Source of the DNA: an uncultured archaeon
GTDB lineage: Archaea; Asgardarchaeota; Lokiarchaeia; Sigyniarchaeales; Promethearchaeaceae
DNA: 8,409 nucleotides
NCBI GenBank assembly: GCA_964426185.1
Contig: CAYRPF010000106.1
Coordinates: 1-8,409 of the forward strand
Reading direction: 5' to 3'
Shown: positions 1 through 8,100 of the stretch, piece by piece
Position numbering within the stretch: position 1 is the first letter of the stretch
Layout of the letters: every line of letters begins with the position of its first letter
The notes under the pieces: model-generated
Databases searched by the model: none
Told to the model about the DNA's origin: nothing
Seen by the model: only the letters and a program-made list of their open reading frames with translations
Translations under genes and position numbers: made by a program

Positions 1-62
1 AAATGGCCATTATCACGGTCTAATGGGCATCATTCACCCGTAGGGGGAATGAATTAGATTCG

Positions 63-85
63 TTTTTTTATTTTTTTTATTTTTT
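63..85 (+). terminator. Oligo-T tract (T7-A-T8-A-T6), probable terminator of a convergent plus-strand transcript entering from the left
   Basis: 21 of 23 bases are T, just downstream of two hairpins (3-30 and 31-51). The upstream gene is not visible in the window. Confidence 0.4.
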
Positions 86-148
86 CGCATCATGCCTGAC
101 TAAGATATTATAATTTGTTAACTAACCGATAGCACGATGTAGAAGCAC

Positions 149-622
149 CTAATTCATATAAATCGCAATAGAACCCTCAGATTCGGCGATTTCCACCCGC
201 AGTTTATAATTTTCAAAATTTTTTTTTAATTGCATGTAAACGTATTCTGCTAGTAATTCTGCTGTTGTCGCTGAAATTGGAAGTAATCGCGTATCAATTT
301 TGGGAAAAACGTAATGTTTTCCATTAAATCGGACATCAATTTCATCTGAATCGTTCGTAGGAGTTTTCAGTTCAATTATTTGAATATTTTCGCTTTTTGC
401 GGGAAGTAATACGGCATGATCCAACTTAGAAATAATCTCTTGAAGTTTAGATTTTATGTGATAAAAATCAATAACGAAAAAGTTTTCATCAAGTTCACCA
501 GTTAATTCCACTGAAACGGAATAATTGTGCCCATGTAATCGTGAACATTTATCATGTTGATAGAGAAAATGGGAAGCTGAAAATTTTAAACGAGGATCAG
601 AGATTCTCACTGTAAATGGCAT
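149..622 (-). CDS. queD: 6-carboxy-5,6,7,8-tetrahydropterin synthase (QueD, PTPS/T-fold family)
   Basis: Contains FSASH, the QueD signature CxxxHGH (CSRLHGHNY), LDH, TTAELLAEY and a C-terminal AESEGSIA. It lies next to queC and queE. The ORF track starts at GTG 637, but I prefer ATG 622 (MPFTVRI) because AGGTGA at 639-634 is a Shine-Dalgarno-like sequence 11 nt upstream and contains that GTG. Confidence 0.92.
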   Translation of the reverse strand: MPFTVRISDPRLKFSASHFLYQHDKCSRLHGHNYSVSVELTGELDENFFVIDFYHIKSKLQEIISKLDHAVLLPAKSENIQIIELKTPTNDSDEIDVRFNGKHYVFPKIDTRLLPISATTAELLAEYVYMQLKKNFENYKLRVEIAESEGSIAIYMN

Positions 623-633
623 TTTTTTTGATT

Positions 634-639
634 TCACCT
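634..639 (-). promoter_or_regulatory. Shine-Dalgarno-like AGGTGA for queD
   Basis: The minus strand reads GAAAGGTGA-aatcaaaaaaa-ATG. GGTGA pairs with the 16S rRNA 3' end and is common in archaea. Confidence 0.5.
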
Positions 640-684
640 TTCGCGTTTTTTTTTAAATTAATGGTTTTAATTTAATTTACTAGA

Positions 685-1380
685 TTATTTTGAGTTTGGC
701 TCATAAGGAATAGGATCTACTGCATTATTGGCAGCAAATGCTTTTAATCGCTCATCACAACTCCCACATTGACCACAAGCCAATTCTCCACCTTGATAAC
801 ATGTCCACGTTAATGAATAATCTACATTCATTTCCAAACCTTCTTTTACAATATCTGCCTTAGAAAAATGCAAATACGGGGCTTCTAATTTTATCGGCCA
901 ATAATGACAGAGATTCGCAACTTGTTGCATGGCTGAAACAAACTCGGGACGACAATCGGGATAAATAGCATGATCGCCTCCGTGTGCTCCATAATATATC
1001 GCTTCTGCGCGAATTGAAATGGCATATGCAAGAGCTAAACTAAGAAGAATCATATTACGGTTTGGAACAACAGTATCCATCATTGAAATATCATCGTATT
1101 CTCCATGCGGGATTTCGGTATCGGAAGTAAGTGCATTTGGGCCAAAGATTCCCTCAGAGGTTAAATTGTCCAATGAAAGAATTTTATGGGGAAGATGGAA
1201 TTTTTCACAATTTTTTGCAGCATATTGAACCTCCTTTACATGTTTTTGACCGTATCTAAAGGTTAAACAATATATTTCTTTCTTTTCTTTGAGAAGACGG
1301 TATAAAAGTGTGGTAGAATCAAGACCTCCGGAAAGAATTAGAACAACACGATTCTGAACGAATGAATTTTGCTCCGACAT
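685..1380 (-). CDS. queC: 7-cyano-7-deazaguanine (preQ0) synthase QueC
   Basis: PP-loop SGGLDS, YGQKH..E, VPNRNMILLS, YPDCRPEF and the Zn site TWTCY...CGQCGSC..R. Start moved from TTG 1485 to ATG 1380 (MSEQNSF, 231 aa). The extra 35 codons are AT-rich spacer-like sequence, and QueC normally begins shortly before the PP-loop strand. Confidence 0.96.
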   Translation of the reverse strand: MSEQNSFVQNRVVLILSGGLDSTTLLYRLLKEKKEIYCLTFRYGQKHVKEVQYAAKNCEKFHLPHKILSLDNLTSEGIFGPNALTSDTEIPHGEYDDISMMDTVVPNRNMILLSLALAYAISIRAEAIYYGAHGGDHAIYPDCRPEFVSAMQQVANLCHYWPIKLEAPYLHFSKADIVKEGLEMNVDYSLTWTCYQGGELACGQCGSCDERLKAFAANNAVDPIPYEPNSK

Positions 1381-1431
1381 ATCCTTAATTTTTCTCAATG
1401 CAACCTGATTTATGGAATTTTTCCCTATTTT

Positions 1432-1439
1432 TTTTATAA
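1432..1439 (-). promoter_or_regulatory. Candidate TATA box for queC
   Basis: TTATAAAA on the minus strand in the 106-bp queE-queC spacer, about 55 nt upstream of ATG 1380. The AT-rich background lowers specificity. Confidence 0.3.
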
Positions 1440-1460
1440 TGCAATAAAATGCAATGGAAT

Positions 1461-1475
1461 AAAAGGAAGAAAAAA
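1461..1475 (-). terminator. Pyrimidine/oligo-T tract after queE
   Basis: The minus strand reads TTTTTTCTTCCTTTT, starting 11 nt after the queE stop codon. Confidence 0.3.
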
Positions 1476-1486
1476 TCCGTTTCAAA

Positions 1487-2077
1487 TTACTTTAGATGAT
1501 ATATTCGATGAAGTTGAACTCCTAATCTGAGATTTGGATGACTCATGGTTAAATCGTAGCATTTCTTAACTGAATAGTCAAAATCGGCGTTATTAGGCTG
1601 CAACCAAATAGGTATATTTCCCAACCATTTAAGAGGGATGACATCCAAAGTAAAATCTCGATCTACCACATATTTCAACTCATTCGGTTGACAATTAATC
1701 TCATAATTGACCGAGGGTTTAGGTGAACAGACAATCCAATCTACTCCTTCATTTCCCTTGAAAACGGCATTTGTTCCATTAGTTTCGATAGCTATTTGAA
1801 GTTTTTGATTAAAACGATCCATTTGATGGATTTTTTTACAGAGTGAGGTTATTTCATAAAGTGTAGGCTCTCCACCAGTGAGAATTATATATGGATAATG
1901 AATTTGTTTTAAAATTTCATCTTCAGTCATAAAAATTCCATCACTCCAAGATTCTTTGGTATCACACCAAGAACAACGGAGATTACAACCTGCAAAGCGA
2001 ATAAAGGTACAAGGAATTCCCAACCAACTCCCTTCCCCTTGAATAGAATCAAAAATCTCACAGATGGGATAATTCAC
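1487..2077 (-). CDS. queE: 7-carboxy-7-deazaguanine synthase QueE (radical SAM)
   Basis: EIFDSIQGEG, FIRFAGCNLRCSWCDT (CxxxCxxC), LTGGEP, IETNGT, VCSPK, LQP and the C-terminal LGVQLH are all typical of QueE. GTG start, 196 aa. Confidence 0.95.
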   Translation of the reverse strand: MNYPICEIFDSIQGEGSWLGIPCTFIRFAGCNLRCSWCDTKESWSDGIFMTEDEILKQIHYPYIILTGGEPTLYEITSLCKKIHQMDRFNQKLQIAIETNGTNAVFKGNEGVDWIVCSPKPSVNYEINCQPNELKYVVDRDFTLDVIPLKWLGNIPIWLQPNNADFDYSVKKCYDLTMSHPNLRLGVQLHRIYHLK

Positions 2078-2080
2078 AAT

Positions 2081-2091
2081 AAAAAAAAAAA
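2081..2091 (-). terminator. T11 tract downstream of the giant gene, probable archaeal-type terminator
   Basis: A11 on the plus strand, 27 nt after the stop codon at 2121-2119, with no GC-rich hairpin. Confidence 0.45.
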
Positions 2092-2118
2092 TGCACAGAT
2101 TAAGAGCTTTTGCTTACT

Positions 2119-5100
2119 TTATTTTGGATGCGGATTATTTTTTTTTGCCGCCTCTCGCTCTCGTTTACGCTCTATACGACGTTCCTTGCGCTCTTCCCTT
2201 TTTGATCTACGTTTAGCCTTTTTTTCTTGCTTCTTTTCCCAGCGCTCGATTTCTTTTGGTTTTTCTAATTTGTAGCGAGTATAGCCATATTTGTTATATA
2301 TAATATCTAAAGTATAAACATACATAATTGTGAGGTAGGACGTGTTCAAGTCGTTTATAATGAGTGTTTGGGTCATACCGCCAACCCACAGAAAGAGAGG
2401 CACTGCGATTCCAACTGTTATAATCATATTTACCCCGTAAATCCATCCAAATAAGGCACCCACAAAACCGCCGATTAAAGCATTAGTTGCCCACATGATA
2501 TATTGCATAACCCGAAATATCTTGTTCACGTTGGACTGTTTAATGAATAAATCAACTGTGTTGGTTACGATCATGCGAATTGATCGAAGTAATGCCAGAC
2601 TGTATGGTCGATTTTCTATAACAATGGCGGGCATGGTAAACATGTTCATATACATCCACAATCTTTCAATCAGGGGGGCTTTTTTCTTCTTTCCCTTAAC
2701 TTTCTTGGTTTTATCAAAAGATTGTGGGTCGACCGGCTTGACCTTGGCAGCTAATTCCATGGCTTCTTTGGGTGTTTTTGGGTGATAATCTCCCTTTAGA
2801 AACTTAGTCACAAATTGTATCATATGAATAATGGTTGAAGTGAAGGCATATCCCATTAACCCCCACCATCTTCTGCGGAGAACACGAAAACTTTTTCGAT
2901 ATGATAAAGAACCACCCCGGTACCAGTGATGAATCATCAGTTGTTTCATCCCTAAAGTTGAATAGAAGACTATGTAGATTAAGAACACAAATAAAGCCGT
3001 AAATCCGATAAATAAATAAGTATCGCTGATTCCCAACTCGGAAACTTTCTGATATATCACGGTAGGACCATTTTTTTCAATTTTAAAGAAAAATTTCCAA
3101 GCAGTTAATCCATAAAAGAACGAAAGCAGATTAACCAGGAAAGTTTGGAAGAATTGAGGGATCAGCATCTGCTTTTCTTTAACTACCACCAAGCAAGACA
3201 TTTTAAGAAATTTGCTAGCCAATTTGAATTTACGGCGCCAAATGGTTAAGAAAAGTATAGAAGGTATAATCAAGACTAAAAATACCCAATTATAATTCTG
3301 CCCGTTGTACTCAAATTCCACATAGCGGTAAAGGATATAGTAGAGAGCCACTTGCACAAAAAGAACCAAATACATAATAACCATGGCAATTTCGGCAAAA
3401 ACACGGACGATAAAATACGCTGCAAGCAAGCTGACTATGTATATCCCTACAATTACAAGTATACTTGTTAGAGAATATTTTCCCAAGATTTTTGACATAC
3501 CTTCGAGTTGATCGAGATTTACACCAGCATATTTCACCGTCACATCCACACCGATTACATAGAGACTCCAGATTCCGATAGCGAAAAATACTATAAATAA
3601 AACTGCAAGTATGCCTTCACTAATGCGGTGCATTCGACCAAAATATTCAAAGCCTTCTAGATCAAAGGGAGGTGATTCACGGTATAATTCTTTATATTTT
3701 TTCACCCGTCGGGCTTTTAATTGCTTCTTTTTCTCAATTAACTCTTGTTTTTGAAGTCGTTTCCATTCTTTCTTTTCAGTGCGAGATTTGAATTTTTCCA
3801 TTCGTTTTTTCAGCAAACTGCTCTTCTTTGGATCCAATTCAGCCAACAATGAAAACAATTCTGCATTTTGAGTTTTTTTGTAAAAACGAGTCAATTTTGA
3901 GAAAATGTCTTCTTGAAATGCAGGATTTTTATTCCATATTGTTTTTAATACTAAAGTAATGGGATGAATAGCCATTTCATCATTAAATCTTATAATGTTA
4001 TAACACATATTCAGTACATCATTTGTTCGATCAGGAAAATTTCGTTCTAATTCTGCCAGATTACTAGATAGCATAATTCGAACATCTTCGTTTGAATCAA
4101 ACGCCAATCGTTGGAAACTGTAGAACACTTGGTTATTTTCTGCAAATGGTTCGGGATTTGTAAATAAGACTTGTAAAATCATTTTCCCCGCATCTTTTCT
4201 AACCGCTGGATTTCGGTCTGAGATAAGTTTAAAGATAATATCAAAATAATCCATAAATTCATTCGGATCGGATTTGAATATCGCCATAAAAACTCCATGA
4301 GTGGTAGAGCGAATTTCTGAATTATCGGATGACGCTAATTTCAGTAGAGTGGGAATGACAATTTGCATTCTGATGCCCTTTTGGTGATATTCAAGCAACT
4401 TTTGAACCAATTTTTTATGAACTTCCACCACATTAGTATTGGCAAAAGAGCGAATATCTTGTTGGAATCGAATTTTTCGGATCTCAAATTTATCTGCATA
4501 TGCAAAATAGGTATTAAGAGCTTTCACAGCGACAGTTGGCTCTGGATCTCGCACTGCTTGCACTATAAGTTTCAAACACAAAGGCAAATTAACTTGAATA
4601 AGTGCCAAAGAGCTAATTTCTTCCACGATAGCCTTTTTAACCACTGGAGGTAAGTTTGGATTATATAAATTTACAAAATGGCTGTAAATAAGAGATTTGA
4701 TGTGTTTATAACTCCTTTTATTCTCGCGTCGGGAGACGGGAGGAAATTTTCGAAGAAAATAGCCTAAAACTTCTAAGGCTTTGGCTTTCACATATTCATC
4801 GCTACTTGAAATTTGATGTTCAACAATATGCAATTCTTTCCGAAAGTCTCCTTCGATAGGCAAATTCATCAACACGTTCATGGCTGTAATTTTCGTACGG
4901 CTATCTTTGGAAGTTTGAATGGTATCTAAAATTAGTGATTGGATGATTTTTTCTTTATTTGTAGTTTCAATCAATCTTTTAAGAGCTTCTGCAATTCCTT
5001 CTTGCACCAATGGTTCTTTAGAATGCATATAGCGATAAATCAACGGTTTAAACGTTTCTTCATATGGATTTACTTTTTCGAATTGTTTGGTAGAATAATT

Positions 5101-8100
5101 CAAAATTTTCTGAGTTTTAAATCCTTTCCGGGTTTGTTCTCCGATTAAAGTAGCAAATAAAATAAGTGTCTGCTTAATTGTGTTAACGGATAAACTTAGA
5201 TGGAGAGAAAGTAAATTATGAAGTATTTCAAAGATTTCTCCAAAAAAGCCTTTGTCTATGTTAAATAAGATGATCATATGTCTAACAAGAATATTCTGAA
5301 TATTCGGAGTTAATTTGGCGTAATTTTCCTTTAATTTAAACATAATATTATCGATATTAATATCTGGATATCCCTTGCGTAATTTTCTCAATTTTTCTTG
5401 TAGAATTCTGAAATAAACATCCAATATCTTGGCAAGCGCAACTTCTCCTCCTTCAGCATAATGTGATTCCAAGTAAACAAATAACTCATCATATTTGGCA
5501 GGAGCATGATATAGTATTTCAGCTAATAATGCTAATGTGGTCCCAAATACCGTGAGACTTTCAAAATTCTCCCGAAATCCAAAGAAAGTAGTTTTTTCAT
5601 CTCGTAATTCCACAATCTGTTCATATTTTAATGTTTCCTCTATCTGTTCCGCTTGGGATATTAAAATTGGAATTAAGGAAATTTCATCTAAGTAAGGTGT
5701 AATTTTATCAGTAATTTGAGTGAGAATATTCAGTAAATCAATTCTTACGATTGTTGTAAGGGGTGTTTTTAATAAAATTGCAATATCGCCCAACAGATAA
5801 TGAGGAGAATCACTTTCAATAAAGAAACGATGAACTAGATGACGTAGTTCTTTGATATCATCAATTAACAATGGACTAAATAGATGTTGAAAATAATTCT
5901 GACTATAAATGTCCTTCCGAGTTTGGGCAATTACGATTAAAGATGATAAAGTGGCTTGTCGTATATCAAGACTGGATGAATTGACAAACAATTTAAAATA
6001 TGGATATAAATATTTTTTGAACAAATCTTCTGAAATTTGACTGCTCAAACTGCCCAAAGCTACAGCTGCATCGGCTTTATACTGCAGATGTGATGATTTT
6101 AGATACTTTTCAATATAAGCAAAGAAGTTCTCAAACCATTCAGGCTTTATATTGGTTAATTTAACCACAATTCCTAATTTTTGACGCACAATTTCATCGT
6201 CTTTATCGGGAATTTCATTAAATGTGCCCATTAAAGTAGAGATTAAAGCAGGGACAGCCATAGCATAATTTCCAAAAGTTTGAAGTGTAGCAATTAACAT
6301 CTGGGTGTTTTTATGCTTAACCAGCGAAAGAAAAATATCTTCCAAATCCTTACTTTGAGGAGCAAATTTGCTTGGGACGTTGGCAATTACTTTTAATGCG
6401 CCGAAGATAACCTGAGGTTTAGAATTTGAAGATAAAAGGGGATGAATGAATTTCCACACTGCTTTGTGCTCTTGTTTTTCATATAAAGCAACGATATGAA
6501 AAACCGTTTCATAGCCTTGATTTGAAAGATTTTTTTTAATCAACTCTCCACACAAATCCAAAGGATTCAAGATATTTCGCTTTACTATTTGCCGTAAAAC
6601 ATTTCGAGCCTGTTTTATTTTGGATTTTTCTTTTGATTCTAATAGTTCTGTTAGAGTTGTAATCAAAGTTTTCTTATCAAGTTTAATGATAATTTCATTA
6701 ATCTCTCCTTTAAGTATGCGGGTAATCTTAGGGTTTTCATCCGACAACAATTCACCTATAATTTCGGAAATATGTTTAGCTGTTTGGCGTGGGAGTGAAT
6801 CTTTCATGTGGACGTATTTTATTACGGTGTCGGCTACTAAAATTCGCATTTCAAAATTCTCATGACGAGAATATTTTTTCAAAGTTTCAAAATCATTCGA
6901 TATGATTGCTCGATTCAATACCCATTCATCTGCATTTTGCGGAATACTTTTATCTAAAAAGAGAAAATGGACTAAAAAGTATATATTTAAAATTTTTTGA
7001 ATGAGAATCGCAAATCCAAATGACCGATAAATTAATTCACGGTCAGTTGTCCGAGAGAAGTCTAAATTCAAACCGATAAAATGGAGATTATCATCAGGAA
7101 AGAAATCAGGATATTTATACATCGCATTTATAAAAATAGAAAAGGCAATTCCAGTAATGATATAGGCGGCGAATAGTACCATTTTTGAGGTATTTAAGGG
7201 TTCTTTACTGAGGAATTTCTTATAGAATCCAAAAAGTCCGAATAAACAAGTAGTTAAGATGAAACCCAAAAAATCCAACGGAAACAGTATAAAGAACATC
7301 TGAATTTGTTCGATTTCTTCCGCACTAATATTTGGATTTATCTGAGCCAAAAAGGTAATTATTTCCTCAACTGCACCCGAACGAGTAACAGAAGGATTAG
7401 ACACACTTTCTGGAATATTTCCCCAAAAAATTGGAAGATAATCCAAAGAAAAACTAATCAAAGAATATACGGTTGAAATAATACTAAGAATTGCTATAAT
7501 ATAGATAATCAACATTTGAGGCTCTTTTTTTAAAATCACGCGTTGAGCGCGATAGATTGCGTGAGCCGTTCCGTTATAAGTATAATAACTTAAATAAAAC
7601 ATGGGTCCTAATAAGAGCCAAACCAAGAAAATTATCCCCACAGCCCATCCTTCAGTTAAATTTGATGGAATGTTCCAATAGTTCAAAGCAATGTAAGAAG
7701 TAACCAATGGTGCGGCTAATACAATCAAGAAAAATAAAAACATAGCCGCGAGTGAATTCCAAGGTGTTTCAAATCGATCGATAAATTTCGTCTCCAGAGC
7801 TTGCTGGATTTCGGTCGCGCCTTCTTGTGAAGGTTTGGAAAGAAGATAATATTCATAAATTGGATAAAAAAAAGAAAAGGTAGCAATTACAAAAAGAGTA
7901 ATAGGTAAAAAGTTCGGAAATTGAAAGGCTTTCACCATTTCTTCAGTCCAAATGGTATTTTCAACATCAGGTAAAATAAGAAGAGCATTTCTGGCAAAAA
8001 TGCTGGTAATCATTGCTAACACAAAAACTACTGCAAATGAAACCATTACAGAAAATGTCATGGCGCCAATAGTGTTTCGTCGTTTCTGCCATTTAGTATA

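Noticed and set aside
1-60. SECIS element or C/D box sRNA (ATGATG followed by a stem on the minus strand)
   Set aside because: No matching 3' GA of the quartet and no apical AA within the window. The upstream genes have no in-frame TGA, and no proper C/D box pair is present.
1019-1228. 69-aa plus-strand ORF
   Set aside because: Entirely antisense to queC, with no recognisable motifs.
1381-1485. 35-aa N-terminal extension of QueC from TTG 1485
   Set aside because: AT-rich spacer-like sequence containing T-tracts and a TATA-like box. ATG 1380 gives a normal-length QueC.
1381-1486. preQ1 riboswitch upstream of queC (also checked upstream of queE and queD)
   Set aside because: A-rich runs are present, but I see no preQ1-type stem-loop with the conserved loop sequence in front of them.
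149-2077. dpd DNA-modification/defence island
   Set aside because: No dpdA/TGT-like, dpdB/C, nuclease or mobility gene in the window, so it cannot be supported here.
2039-2275. 78-aa plus-strand ORF rich in R/S/L/F
   Set aside because: Antisense shadow of the purine-rich codons of the charged tail. It also overlaps queE.
2495-6865. Plus-strand ORFs 2495-2785, 4363-4653, 4939-5148 and 6620-6865
   Set aside because: Short, antisense to the 2040-aa gene, with no motifs or translation signals.
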